Shown piece after piece: positions 1-9,258 of a stretch of 64,000 bases of DNA. Within the stretch, counting starts at the first letter, position 1, and every line of letters starts with the position of its first letter. The notes beneath the pieces were generated by a model, which saw nothing but the letters and a program-made list of their open reading frames with translations, did no database searches and was not told the origin of the DNA. The position numbers and the translations under genes are program-made. This stretch comes from a virus: the IMG/VR virus record IMGVR_UViG_3300017783_000001, one strand, 5' to 3'.

Positions 1-1942
1 CAGCAGGGTGCATTGTCTTTTTAAATGCGTCTCTCCATAAGTCAATTGTACGACCTACTTTAATTACATACGAGAAGTCCTGATAGTATAAACTATCTTG
101 TACTTTCATTGTTGTTTCTGATAAGTGACCATCTTCTGAAATATATTTACCTTCACTTGTAGAAGTACCTACAACTTCAACCGTTGCAGTTGCTAAATCT
201 GTTTTTGCCATTAGACCGGTAACACCTGAAATACTACCTGTCATTACTTCGTGTCCAACAAATGCACCTGTAATATCTTTTAATCTTAATAGACCTCTAC
301 TACTATCCCAAGATAAAACTACACCAGTATTACTTGATGTGCCACCAGTAATCGTTTCTCCTGCAACATAATTACCTGTATGACCTAATATAAGAATTGC
401 TTGTGGTAATTTAACCGTTGGTGGAGATGGACTTAAATCGTGTTTAAGACCAGATTCAATTGTAGTAATACCTAAAAGTTTTCCAATTTCAGTTCCATAT
501 GCGTATATCTCAGCAGATAAACCATTATCACTTGTAACCGTAACCGTAGGTAAACTTGTATAACCTGAACCACTTTTAATTAATCTAATATCTGTAATAT
601 CACCAAGACCACTTTCTAAAACTATTTTATCACCAGGGTTGATGTCATTCTTACTTGTTGCGTCTTCAAATACGATATGGTCATAACCACTACCACTCTC
701 ACCTGCTATCGCACCGTTAACTACAGCAACTTCTGCTACAGCACCAGCACCGTTTGTGTTTGCGTTATTGAAAACAAGTTGGTCTCCAATTTGATATTGT
801 GAACCGTTTGCATTAATATAAAATTCTGAAATACCACCTGCACCTATTTCACCAACTTGGCAGTTTGCACCACCACCGCCACCTACTAAATCAACTTGTT
901 CGTTATTTGTGAAAAGTGAACCATCATTAGTAATTGTAAATTTACCAGGTATACCGGTAACATCTGATTTAATATATAAGTCATCTGTATCACTTGCAGT
1001 ACCTCTAATAGTTTCACCAACTTGGAATGTGCCTGTAATACTTTCTTGGTTTAATAAAAATTCTGATACGACTTCACTTGATATTTGGAAACGAGATATG
1101 TTTTCTACAATTGCAGTTGCACCAGAAGTTATACCTGTAATTTGTCTACCAAGTAATTTACCTGTATCACCGATTGAGTTAATACATCTTAATATTGTGT
1201 TTGATGTAAACTCACCATCTGATACTCTAAGCATTTGTTCTTTAGGATAAAATGTTTCAGAAGCAATACCAAATAGTAATCTAAAAAATAATTCGTGTCC
1301 TTTTGCAGTACCTTTAGTACGATATAAAGATTTTACTCTTTTAATTAATTCTCTTTTGTTTAGACCATCTGTTAAATTTTCTGGTATAGTAGATAATACT
1401 TCATTTCTAAATTGTGATAAGAAGTGTGAGATAACTTTATCAGGATCTCTAAACGATAATAAGTCTTGTATTGTTTTTACTGGATTAGGTCTATACTTTC
1501 CTGATACACCAGACGCACCAGAAGAAACTCCAGTGACCGTTTCACCTTCTATAAATTTATCTTCTGCTGTAATGAATAATCTTCCGTTTATTAAATCTTC
1601 TGTAAGTATTACTGCTGTCGCATTAGAAGTTTCACCTTTAATAGTTTCACCAGTTGTGAATTTACCAAATGATGATTGTTCTTGTAAGATTTTAGAACCT
1701 GCGTCTATTTGAGTTGCTTCTGAACCAAGTCTACTTGCGTCTAATAATAAAGTATTAGATTGACCTGTTTCTGTTTCAAGTAATATACCATCTGTTGATT
1801 GAGAAGATGAAATAGAAAGCTCAGCGGCTTCCATTAATTGAAAATAAGTTTTTACAAACTCTAAAAATTTAGGATGCTCTTCAATTACAAAATCAGGTAC
1901 TTGACCTTGTAAAAGGTTTGTAATTTTTTTATTAAACTTCAT
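1..1942 (-). CDS. 7: Baseplate wedge initiator gp7-like (runs off the window edge)
   Basis: Not in the ORF track. ATG at 1942 reads MKFNKKITNLLQGQVPDFVIEEHPKFLEFVKTYFQLME; later LYRTKGT and QDSLYYQDFSYVIK...MHPA motifs typical of marine T4-like gp7; directly downstream of gp6. Confidence 0.8.
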   Translation of the reverse strand, partial: MKFNKKITNLLQGQVPDFVIEEHPKFLEFVKTYFQLMEAAELSISSSQSTDGILLETETGQSNTLLLDASRLGSEATQIDAGSKILQEQSSFGKFTTGETIKGETSNATAVILTEDLINGRLFITAEDKFIEGETVTGVSSGASGVSGKYRPNPVKTIQDLLSFRDPDKVISHFLSQFRNEVLSTIPENLTDGLNKRELIKRVKSLYRTKGTAKGHELFFRLLFGIASETFYPKEQMLRVSDGEFTSNTILRCINSIGDTGKLLGRQITGITSGATAIVENISRFQISSEVVSEFLLNQESITGTFQVGETIRGTASDTDDLYIKSDVTGIPGKFTITNDGSLFTNNEQVDLVGGGGGANCQVGEIGAGGISEFYINANGSQYQIGDQLVFNNANTNGAGAVAEVAVVNGAIAGESGSGYDHIVFEDATSKNDINPGDKIVLESGLGDITDIRLIKSGSGYTSLPTVTVTSDNGLSAEIYAYGTEIGKLLGITTIESGLKHDLSPSPPTVKLPQAILILGHTGNYVAGETITGGTSSNTGVVLSWDSSRGLLRLKDITGAFVGHEVMTGSISGVTGLMAKTDLATATVEVVGTSTSEGKYISEDGHLSETTMKVQDSLYYQDFSYVIKVGRTIDLWRDAFKKTMHPA

Positions 1943-1946
1943 TTAA

Positions 1947-3803
1947 TTAATATGCTGAAGTAGTAGTATAACCAACACCGGCATCCGAGCTTCCGCCAAC
2001 AAAGGAATCCTTCTCAACCAAAATTGTTGAATTAGGAATATCTAACTCTAAAATTTGGTCTCTAACAGGAACAATGTCATTTGAAGCAGGTTGCACGGTC
2101 AGTTCTATTACCGTTGAAGCACTCCCTCTTATATTTGAAATTTCTGTAATCTGTAGTGAATTAATTGTAATTTCACCATTCGTGTAATTAATCGTACCTT
2201 GCGTTGAGTTAGTATAAACTCTAGTTGCACCTGATAGATAATATCTTCTTATGTTACCATTACCGTCATCATCTAAAAATTGTTCGTTAGTGATAGAACC
2301 TTGTACTTTAAAACCAGATGATGTAACCACACCACCAGCAGTTGAGTTATGACCAGTATGTGGATTGTAAACAGCGTTTCTAAAGAATACACTATACTTC
2401 AAAGATGAATTTAAAGTAGGTATGAATGATTTTCTTATTTTTAATGTTGTTATGTTAGATAGTATACTATTGTCTGTATCGTCAATTAATTTAACGACTT
2501 TAGAATGTCTAAACATACTATCAAATTTTTGTAGTGTAGATACATTGTAAGTACCTAATGTATTAATAATATCTGCTTTAATTGTATTGGCGTCTTTTGT
2601 TGTTGCTCTTTCATCATACTTTGCAGTTGAATTTATAACTATACTTGTAATTTCAGGATCCACAATAACAGGTGAAACTGAAGCTACATTATATTCTTTT
2701 AATTGTTTTACAATATCTGCTTTAGTTTGTGTTGTTAATGAAGAACCGCTCATAGGTTTGATTGCAATTTTTACAATACCATAAACAGGTGTCTCATCAT
2801 CTTCACCACCCCAAGCACTAACTGATTGTGTATTAGGATAAATTGACATTACTTTTGTTTCGTAATCAGAAGTAGTAACCGCTCTGTCTTGTGCTGTATA
2901 TTGTAAAGGTGCATTGAAACGAATACTCTCTTTTGTTTCAGGTAGTGAACCACCTTGTGCTTCTGATACGGTCGTAACCGTTATGTTAGAGAAACCACCA
3001 ATGTTACCTGCAGGATTAAATAAGTTTGCACCATTTGCTTCTAATTTATTGGTTACAATATAATCCATAATAATAATATTACCGTGTTCTAATTTCTTAC
3101 CAATAATACCGTCACCAAATTTAACTTCAAACTTACCTGTATCTGTTTCTGATAAGAAGTATATTTGACTTTCGTTATTTAAATTTAATAATCCAGAAAC
3201 GCTTGTGTATGTTTCAGAAGTTGTATCTGTTAAACTTTTTTGTACTTTGATTTGTAATGTAGTAGTATCAGCGTCAATACTAGGTATTAAATATTTTTGG
3301 TCTGGGTCTAGTGTGTCAACCGTATATCTAAAGGTTACAGGTGTACCTTCTGAAATTGGTACACTAGAAAATTTGTAAATACCATCAACAGGTGAAGTTG
3401 TTGTATCTGTATTAGTAATAAAGTTATAAGTTGTTCCGTCTACAGAAGAAGTAAATACAGAACCTTTGTTCATAGTTAGTGTTGTACCTTTTGCGTCATT
3501 AACTACAATGTCAATTGAAGCAGTTGGTGCTTTTGCACTAGAAGGTGTGTAACCTAACATCTTTGCTAATGAAACAATGTTTGCTCTAACATCAGCAGAA
3601 TCCAAATACATTTCGTTTGCTAACATATTAGCATTGAAACCTAGATAGTGTGTATTGTAAGCAAGTAAATCTAATAATACAGCAAAACCACTACCTTCAA
3701 AGTTGTAGTCTGAAAATTCAGGTTGTGATTGTAAGAATACTTTTAAATTTGTTTTTATCTGGTCAAAATCCAGTTCCGTAATATCTAGTTTGGTACTTGC
3801 CAT
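1947..3803 (-). CDS. 6: Baseplate wedge subunit gp6
   Basis: ELDFDQIK..LK, LLDLLAYNTHY, FGDG, QDRAVT..DY, AWGGED motifs; follows gp25. Confidence 0.93.
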   Translation of the reverse strand: MASTKLDITELDFDQIKTNLKVFLQSQPEFSDYNFEGSGFAVLLDLLAYNTHYLGFNANMLANEMYLDSADVRANIVSLAKMLGYTPSSAKAPTASIDIVVNDAKGTTLTMNKGSVFTSSVDGTTYNFITNTDTTTSPVDGIYKFSSVPISEGTPVTFRYTVDTLDPDQKYLIPSIDADTTTLQIKVQKSLTDTTSETYTSVSGLLNLNNESQIYFLSETDTGKFEVKFGDGIIGKKLEHGNIIIMDYIVTNKLEANGANLFNPAGNIGGFSNITVTTVSEAQGGSLPETKESIRFNAPLQYTAQDRAVTTSDYETKVMSIYPNTQSVSAWGGEDDETPVYGIVKIAIKPMSGSSLTTQTKADIVKQLKEYNVASVSPVIVDPEITSIVINSTAKYDERATTKDANTIKADIINTLGTYNVSTLQKFDSMFRHSKVVKLIDDTDNSILSNITTLKIRKSFIPTLNSSLKYSVFFRNAVYNPHTGHNSTAGGVVTSSGFKVQGSITNEQFLDDDGNGNIRRYYLSGATRVYTNSTQGTINYTNGEITINSLQITEISNIRGSASTVIELTVQPASNDIVPVRDQILELDIPNSTILVEKDSFVGGSSDAGVGYTTTSAY

Positions 3804-3813
3804 TTTTTATTTC

Positions 3814-4050
3814 CTATTGTGCGTCATAGTAAGTTTTTGATAACTCACCACGCTCTATTGTTTCGCCTGCTTTTCTACATCTGATATAAACTTGTACGGT
3901 ATCACTCGTACCTGGTTTAGTATATGTTCTAATTCCATTTGCGATTACTGAATTAGCACCGTCTGCTGAATTAGGATATGTGTTTGCAGCCGTAGCAGTA
4001 TTTTCATATTGCCATATTGAATTACTTCCTGGTACCGTTACCCAAGCCAT
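3814..4050 (-). CDS. Small hypothetical protein in the baseplate operon
   Basis: 78 aa, TAATG-coupled to gp25. Confidence 0.7.
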   Translation of the reverse strand: MAWVTVPGSNSIWQYENTATAANTYPNSADGANSVIANGIRTYTKPGTSDTVQVYIRCRKAGETIERGELSKTYYDAQ

Positions 4051-4475
4051 TATCTTAACCTCTGTAAAAATGTTTCTACAATAATTGGTGATTGAATACC
4101 AACAACATAAAAACTGATTTGTAAATGGTATCTATTTGCGTCAATATCTGGAGCCGCAACGATACTTTCTATACTTGCTCTTGGTTCAAAATTAACTAGA
4201 ACCTCAGCAACTTTTCTTTCTAAATTAAGAGCAGTCAAAGGTGTCATATTTTCAAACAACAATGCTCTTACATCACTACCTATTTCAGGATGAAAAGGTC
4301 TCTCATAATGATTTGTCTGTATTAAATTCTTTACACTTCTTTTAACAGCGTCTACATCAACAAGTTTAACCACATCTCCTGTAACCGGATTTCTTGTGAA
4401 ATCAAGGTCTAAATCAGAATAAATCCTGTTTACTCTTTTCTTACTTGTACTTGCTTTTGAATCGTAGAATGCCAT
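4050..4475 (-). CDS. 25: Baseplate wedge/sheath initiator gp25
   Basis: YSDLDLDF, AVKRSVKNLIQT..ERPFHPEIGS, FEPR motifs. Confidence 0.93.
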   Translation of the reverse strand: MAFYDSKASTSKKRVNRIYSDLDLDFTRNPVTGDVVKLVDVDAVKRSVKNLIQTNHYERPFHPEIGSDVRALLFENMTPLTALNLERKVAEVLVNFEPRASIESIVAAPDIDANRYHLQISFYVVGIQSPIIVETFLQRLR

Positions 4476-4494
4476 AGTCTTTCCTTTGTACTAA

Positions 4495-4502
4495 TATTTA
4501 TA
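4495..4502 (-). promoter_or_regulatory. T4-type late promoter TATAAATA
   Basis: Exact consensus 20 nt upstream of gp25. Confidence 0.85.
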
Positions 4503-4504
4503 CA

Positions 4505-4792
4505 CTAACCGGCAAAGACATTTGGACTTCCTGCTGCTACACTCGTACAACCTGAAATACCGTCACCGACACGACCACAACCTTTACCATTTATAAAGAC
4601 CGTACTTGAACCAGTTGCAATAGGGGCAGCGTGTGCTGGGCAAGGTACACCTGGTAGTAAGTGAGTTGTATTAACATCTCCTTGTCTACTTACTGGTATC
4701 CCGTTTGCATTAACATTTGGACTACCAACTGCTCTTGTCATTCCTGAACAATGAGCAACATCAGCGTCTCCTATCCTCGTAACCGCAGGCAT
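4505..4792 (-). CDS. PAAR spike-tip protein (gp5.4-like)
   Basis: MPAVTRIGD, GSPNV, RQGD, RVGD repeats with His/Cys metal ligands. Confidence 0.92.
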   Translation of the reverse strand: MPAVTRIGDADVAHCSGMTRAVGSPNVNANGIPVSRQGDVNTTHLLPGVPCPAHAAPIATGSSTVFINGKGCGRVGDGISGCTSVAAGSPNVFAG

Positions 4793-4980
4793 TCTCTCTC
4801 CATTAATAGTTTTAATTTGTCGTTAAAGGTTTCTATGTAATTATGTTGTTCTTCTGTATGTGGTGGACTAGGATAATTAGGCTCAAAAGATATAACCGCA
4901 CCTATCTCATTAGGAATTTCATCATATTGAGTATAGATGTGAAGTTTATTGTTAATTTTTACAACAAATTTACCTTCCAC
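4771..4980 (-). CDS. Hypothetical protein upstream of PAAR
   Basis: 69 aa, GTG start, PSPPHTEEQH motif; overlaps PAAR start. Confidence 0.7.
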   Translation of the reverse strand: MEGKFVVKINNKLHIYTQYDEIPNEIGAVISFEPNYPSPPHTEEQHNYIETFNDKLKLLMERECLRLRG

Positions 4981-5129
4981 TATTTTCCTTGACCTTTATA
5001 TGCTTTCCAACTTCTTTTTCTACTTTTATTCATTGATGATTTCTTAATCATCTTTTTTCTAACCCCTTGGGAAGACTTTTTTCCCTTAGGTTTATTGTAA
5101 CCACTCGCACCCTGCTTCTGTAATGCCAT
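4980..5129 (-). CDS. Small highly basic protein (49 aa)
   Basis: Not in track. MALQKQGASGYNKPKGKKSSQGVRKKMIKKSSMNKSRKRSWKAYKGQGK with AAGGA SD. Confidence 0.75.
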   Translation of the reverse strand: MALQKQGASGYNKPKGKKSSQGVRKKMIKKSSMNKSRKRSWKAYKGQGK

Positions 5130-5162
5130 AAAATCCTTTTGTTAACTATATTTAGTTGGTTT

Positions 5163-5417
5163 TTAAAAAGGACACTCAATATTGCCCGCTCTTACTTCAA
5201 TATTTTCGTTATTTCGCACTCCGTTTTCAATTGATTCGCCAATTTTTTCGTAATCGGGTTGAAATTTACATTTTTCTAATTGAATTGAGCAATTTGTAAG
5301 AACAAAAAGCGAACAAATTAAAAAAAAGTAAGAAAAATGTGGTTTTTTTGCAATTTTGCTCATTTTTTGCTTGACATTGATTAATGATTGATGTATTATG
5401 TATGTATAAGTTAACAA
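5163..5417 (-). CDS. Putative small lipoprotein, start uncertain
   Basis: Hydrophobic stretch ending VLTNC; 5' part overlaps the divergent promoter region. Confidence 0.4.
   Translation of the reverse strand: MLTYTYIIHQSLINVKQKMSKIAKKPHFSYFFLICSLFVLTNCSIQLEKCKFQPDYEKIGESIENGVRNNENIEVRAGNIECPF
5300..5314. promoter_or_regulatory. Alphaproteobacterial LexA-like box (GAAC-N7-GAAC)
   Basis: gaac aaaaagc gaac, about 57 nt upstream of the sigma70 promoter at 5371. Confidence 0.5.
5371..5399 (+). promoter_or_regulatory. Sigma70-type early promoter
   Basis: TTGACA-N17-TATTAT with TG extension, preceded by GCTCATTTTTTGC and T-tracts. Confidence 0.85.
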
Positions 5418-5437
5418 AAACGAGAGGAAAAAACACT

Positions 5438-5614
5438 ATGAGTACTTTTTTTGCAATGATAACGATACTTTCTGCTGTAATGGCAGTTGGTTCAATTGAA
5501 GATTGTGGAGGACATTGTCTAGGACAAGAAAACTGGAAAATGTTTTTTATTTGCTTGACAACAATGATAATATCTGGTATAATAACTCTATTAACACAAA
5601 AAGAAGGACAATAA
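5438..5614 (+). CDS. Small two-helix membrane protein
   Basis: GAGG SD before ATG 5438 (preferred to the track start); two hydrophobic helices around CGGHC. Confidence 0.7.
   Translation: MSTFFAMITILSAVMAVGSIEDCGGHCLGQENWKMFFICLTTMIISGIITLLTQKEGQ
5555..5583 (+). promoter_or_regulatory. Sigma70-type early promoter
   Basis: TTGACA-N17-TATAAT with TG extension. Confidence 0.85.
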
Positions 5615-5615
5615 T

Positions 5616-5978
5616 ATGACTATGATTACTAAAACTGCCGAAACACTACAAGACGGTATTACAAATATGATGGCTGCTGCCAAAGAAGACTACTTTAGTT
5701 GGTCATCTACTGGTAAAGAAAGTATCTCTTCTTATTCTCAACAACAACTTGAAGAGTGGGATTCTAAAATTAAAGTTAAAGAAGGACAAAAGTACATTAA
5801 GATTGTACGAGATAATTCTGTCTTTGCTTTTATCTGTAAAACAGATTTTAAACATTTTAAAAAAGGTGATGTATTGAAACCTGCTGGTTACAATGCACCT
5901 GCTTTAAATCAACCTAGAGGTAATGTTCTTTCTGGAAACTTTCCAATTAGATGGACAGGACCTTTATATTTAAAATAA
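5616..5978 (+). CDS. Phage early hypothetical protein
   Basis: KKGDVLKPAGYNAPA...RGNV...WTGPLYL, a motif I recall from aquatic phage proteins; AAGGA SD. Confidence 0.8.
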   Translation: MTMITKTAETLQDGITNMMAAAKEDYFSWSSTGKESISSYSQQQLEEWDSKIKVKEGQKYIKIVRDNSVFAFICKTDFKHFKKGDVLKPAGYNAPALNQPRGNVLSGNFPIRWTGPLYLK

Positions 5979-5996
5979 CCAATAGGAGACTATATT

Positions 5997-6275
5997 ATGA
6001 CAGCATTGAAATTTAACGATATGAATAAGGTACTTGAATGGATACGAGAACCTTCTCATAAAGAACATCTATACATCTTGGAGGCTGCGATTGCAAAAGC
6101 AAATCAGGTATCTTTAGACCAATTTAGTATAGGTACAAAAGTTGTGTTTGGTCGTCCACGAGGTGCAAAGCACTTTGGTGTGATTGTTAAATGCAATCCG
6201 AAGAAAGCAGTTGTTATGGAAGAAGGTCGTGGTAAATGGACCGTGCCTTATTCTCTAATGAAACTTGCTTCTTAA
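5997..6275 (+). CDS. Hypothetical protein with SH3/KOW-like C-terminus
   Basis: AGGAG SD; IGTKVVF...GVIVKCNPKKAVV...WTVP. Confidence 0.7.
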   Translation: MTALKFNDMNKVLEWIREPSHKEHLYILEAAIAKANQVSLDQFSIGTKVVFGRPRGAKHFGVIVKCNPKKAVVMEEGRGKWTVPYSLMKLAS

Positions 6276-6391
6276 TATTAACCTTAATTGAAAGAGATAG
6301 GATGTTTACTTTTCTTATCGTGTACACAGCAGTTGCCTTATTTGGCTGTGCTGTGTCAGAAGACTTGACCTGTATACCAGGTATTTTCTAA

Positions 6392-6688
6392 TTATGCAAA
6401 TGGTGTGTAACCTTGTTCGGCAGCTGTAGTATCATCTTCTGATATTATAGTTTTAACTTCTGGACAATAATGTTTCATCATACTTTCAACTCCTTGTTTT
6501 AAAGTAAGTTGAGACATTGCACACCCAGCACAACTTCCTGCCATTAATAACTTTAATGTGCCATCTTCATCAAACGAAATAAACTCAATCTTACCATTGT
6601 GAGCTGCAACACTAGGTGCTACTTTATCATCTAAATGAAATTTAATTTTTCTAATTGTTTCTTCGTGTGTTTCAGTTGTAGTTGTCAT
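6392..6688 (-). CDS. NifU-C/NfuA-type Fe-S cluster carrier
   Basis: VAPSVAAHNGKIE...GSCAGCAMSQLTLKQGVE, the NifU C-terminal CxxC signature. Confidence 0.9.
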   Translation of the reverse strand: MTTTTETHEETIRKIKFHLDDKVAPSVAAHNGKIEFISFDEDGTLKLLMAGSCAGCAMSQLTLKQGVESMMKHYCPEVKTIISEDDTTAAEQGYTPFA

Positions 6689-6873
6689 AAAAATTTTCCT
6701 ATAAATCTTAAAAAATACATTATTGGTATAACCATAAGTGCTGGTCCTATACCTTGGTCAAAAAACATTAAGACAACAGCACCTGCTGTAAATAGATAAA
6801 ATGCAATAGTCTTCCAATGAAATATTATTGCAAGTAAACCAAGACCTATAATTTTTAGATATTCTTTTATCAT
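6685..6873 (-). CDS. Small membrane protein
   Basis: 62 aa hydrophobic; ATGA overlaps on both sides. Confidence 0.65.
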   Translation of the reverse strand: MIKEYLKIIGLGLLAIIFHWKTIAFYLFTAGAVVLMFFDQGIGPALMVIPIMYFLRFIGKFL

Positions 6874-7667
6874 TGAGTTGGGTCTTTCATCATCATATCT
6901 GGTATCTTATCATCTTGTAAATCTAATTTAACAGGATTGATATTTGCTTGTGGTTGATTATGTTCTAGTACATAGTTACCACTTATACTAATTCTTTCGT
7001 ATTGTTTCCAATAAGGTGCTACTTGATGTTCTAATGCAGCTGGGAAAACAAACATCAAACCTTTATATGGTTTAACAGCAAAACTATTCATTTGTAATTG
7101 AGTTATCTTTTCACCATAATGAAATACTAGTTGACCTGCTGAATTGGCGTTAGTTGTAGGTACGCCTTCTGTAAATATCTTATCATCTATATCACCAAAC
7201 ACAACAAAACTAAAAAGACCACCGTGGTCGTGTAAAGGATTAAAATCACCTGCTTGTTGAAAGTTAATCCATAGTTGTTGTAATCGTAATGCACCCATAC
7301 CACCAGATTGTCCCATCATCATTTTTGATATGTTAGGCCAACCTTCACCATAGTTAGATTGTAGTATTTCAAAAAATTCAAATACTTTTTGTACGATTGC
7401 TTGGTCTGCTTGATTTCTAATTTTGTTATTACCGTTATTAAACGGATAAAGAACGCTAGTTCCTTGCTTCATATTGCCAGCAAGTTGATGTCTATGGTCT
7501 AATTTTTTATCGTCTCTTGTACGCTGACCTTCTTCAATCAACATATCAACAATCTTTTCGTCTAGTTCACAACGATAGACTGGTGGACCAAATGGATATA
7601 ATACTTCGCCATTAATAGACGAGTGAACCATTTGTGGTAATACGGTTTTATCTCTATACTTTGTCAT
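6870..7667 (-). CDS. 2OG-Fe(II) oxygenase family protein
   Basis: WIN...FNPLHDH (HxH), FPAALEHQV, RISISGN; start moved to SD-preceded ATG 7667; sigma70 promoter at 7688-7716. Confidence 0.85.
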   Translation of the reverse strand: MTKYRDKTVLPQMVHSSINGEVLYPFGPPVYRCELDEKIVDMLIEEGQRTRDDKKLDHRHQLAGNMKQGTSVLYPFNNGNNKIRNQADQAIVQKVFEFFEILQSNYGEGWPNISKMMMGQSGGMGALRLQQLWINFQQAGDFNPLHDHGGLFSFVVFGDIDDKIFTEGVPTTNANSAGQLVFHYGEKITQLQMNSFAVKPYKGLMFVFPAALEHQVAPYWKQYERISISGNYVLEHNQPQANINPVKLDLQDDKIPDMMMKDPTQ

Positions 7668-7701
7668 TCTGTTTTCCTTACACACTTATTATACAATAAG
7701 T

Positions 7702-7974
7702 TTAATCTAGTGTCAATATGCTGTGTTCTTTTAATGTGTGTAAAAGAAACTCATTTTTTAATTGTAATAATTTATTTTGTTTTTCTAATATTGCAATCTT
7801 CTTATCTAAATCACTTGTTCCTCTTTCATCATCTAATATCATTTGTAATTGTTTCTTTAACAACTCCATTTGATACTGATAATCTTTACTTTCAGGAACA
7901 CGATTATAGAGGTCTGTTTCTTGTTCTACTCTATCATAATTCATTTTATACTCCAAAACTTTCTCCACAACCAC
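7702..7974 (-). CDS. Coiled-coil hypothetical protein
   Basis: Leu/Lys/Glu heptads; true start probably the second Met. Confidence 0.6.
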   Translation of the reverse strand: MVVEKVLEYKMNYDRVEQETDLYNRVPESKDYQYQMELLKKQLQMILDDERGTSDLDKKIAILEKQNKLLQLKNEFLLHTLKEHSILTLD

Positions 7975-8272
7975 AACTACTTGTTGCGTTGGGATTTTTT
8001 AATTCTAAAAATGACCCAAATATCTCCTTACGATATTCTATAGTCATACCTGCTAACATTAATATGCTAGACTTATCAACTAATAATGTAAAGTTATCGT
8101 GTAAGATAACCTCATCATTGTTGTCTGCTTCATCTTCAAACTTCCAGTCGTACTTAAAACCAGCACAACCACCACCTTTAACTTCTAAACGAACATATTT
8201 TTTGCTATGTTCTTTTGCTAAAGATTGTAAATGTGTTATTGCGTTATCTGTTAAGTTTATTAAATTACTCAT
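7946..8272 (-). CDS. iscA: A-type Fe-S carrier (IscA/SufA/HesB family)
   Basis: GGGCAGFKY and NPNATSSCGCGESF signatures. Confidence 0.95.
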   Translation of the reverse strand: MSNLINLTDNAITHLQSLAKEHSKKYVRLEVKGGGCAGFKYDWKFEDEADNNDEVILHDNFTLLVDKSSILMLAGMTIEYRKEIFGSFLELKNPNATSSCGCGESFGV

Positions 8273-8283
8273 ATTATTATTTA

Positions 8284-8301
8284 GGGGAGATTTAACTCCC
8301 C
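8284..8301 (-). terminator. GC-rich hairpin, possible terminator or processing site
   Basis: GGGGAG-6 nt-CTCCCC between 8309..8503 and iscA; no clear U tract. Confidence 0.45.
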
Positions 8302-8308
8302 CAAACTA

Positions 8309-8503
8309 TTACCAATTATCGGTAGATTTTATTACTTTATGTCCAAGTACTTTGCCTTTGTTAACACCATTGTTGATAGTGTAACCAGAAGTACCTTTAC
8401 CATTTATATCCACTTCTATACGAGAAGACGCAAGAGCCTTTTCTTTTCGCTCTATGTCTTTCTTCTTTCTATAAGTGGAGAGTAAATAAGTATGTCTATT
8501 CAT
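8309..8503 (-). CDS. Small basic protein downstream of the glutamine riboswitch
   Basis: 64 aa, AAGGAGG SD just 3' of the riboswitch. Confidence 0.8.
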   Translation of the reverse strand: MNRHTYLLSTYRKKKDIERKEKALASSRIEVDINGKGTSGYTINNGVNKGKVLGHKVIKSTDNW

Positions 8504-8526
8504 AACACCCTCCTTGATTAAAGTTA

Positions 8527-8579
8527 GGTGCGTTCCTTCAGGCGATTGCCTTACTTCCGACCATTGTTGGTTGAACGAA
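8527..8579 (-). ncRNA. Glutamine riboswitch (glnA RNA motif)
   Basis: UUCGUUCA-ACCAACAAUGGU-CGGAAGUA-AGGCAAUCGCCU-GAAGGAACGCACC: P1 CGUUC/GAACG, P2, E-loop and P3 of the glnA consensus. Confidence 0.88.
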
Positions 8580-8585
8580 TACTAA

Positions 8586-8593
8586 TATTTATA
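8586..8593 (-). promoter_or_regulatory. T4-type late promoter driving the riboswitch transcript
   Basis: Exact TATAAATA about 6 nt upstream of the riboswitch. Confidence 0.85.
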
Positions 8594-8696
8594 CAAGAGA
8601 CTTACATAAAACTAAACAAAGAGATAACATAGAGATTCGCCCCTATAACTCCGATACAAAGAGTCGCCCTCTCCCTGGTAAGATTAGTCTATGAGT

Positions 8697-8711
8697 GTTC
8701 TCTAAATGTTC
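8697..8711. promoter_or_regulatory. LexA-like box (GTTC-N7-GTTC)
   Basis: gttc tctaaat gttc in a non-coding region about 100 nt upstream of the promoter at 8815. Confidence 0.5.
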
Positions 8712-8814
8712 TCTATGTTTTTAAATGTGTCGCCACGCTGACTCTATAGCATTCTCTGGAGTTTTCACACACTTATGTATAAGATTGTCAAACGCTAGCG
8801 TAAAAAGAAAGTGC

Positions 8815-8843
8815 TTGACAAGTATCCGACAATGTAGTACAAT
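8815..8843 (+). promoter_or_regulatory. Sigma70-type promoter
   Basis: GTGC-TTGACA-N17-TACAAT. Confidence 0.8.
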
Positions 8844-8879
8844 AGACTTATAATAACCAATGAAAGGAAATACAACACT

Positions 8880-9071
8880 ATGGCGTATTATAATAATGAT
8901 GATGTAATGCAGAAGTTAGATGAAATCGCTAACGACATAATGAACCTATCTATAAGAGTGAATAAGATAGACGACTCTATCCCGAAAAAAAACTCCGAAA
9001 AAAATTCACAAAGTCAAAGCCTAGATAAATCACTAGGATCCACAGAAGACCCTTTGCTAGTTGAAATGTAA
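8880..9071 (+). CDS. Small hypothetical protein, counter-strand
   Basis: AAAGGA SD, own promoter, N-terminal coiled coil. Confidence 0.65.
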   Translation: MAYYNNDDVMQKLDEIANDIMNLSIRVNKIDDSIPKKNSEKNSQSQSLDKSLGSTEDPLLVEM

Positions 9072-9258
9072 AGAACAACCACCATACAGACTTAATAAGT
9101 TCTTTGTATGAGCGTCCTCCTGAAGTCGGCCGTTTCTTATATAGGTTAAATATCATAAAATATATTTAGTATAGTCTATTGCATTTATAGATTAAGAGCC
9201 AAGACCTGGATATAATAGGCCCTTTTAGCTACAGGTTTTTGAGAAGTCGGTAGGCCTT

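Noticed and set aside
909-1712. Plus-strand ORFs 909..1250 and 1356..1712, and most other plus-strand ORFs in the track
   Set aside because: Antisense shadows of recognisable minus-strand genes; no SD and Ser/Leu/Phe-rich translations.
7710-8384. 224-aa plus-strand ORF
   Set aside because: Antisense to iscA and its neighbours; no recognisable motif.
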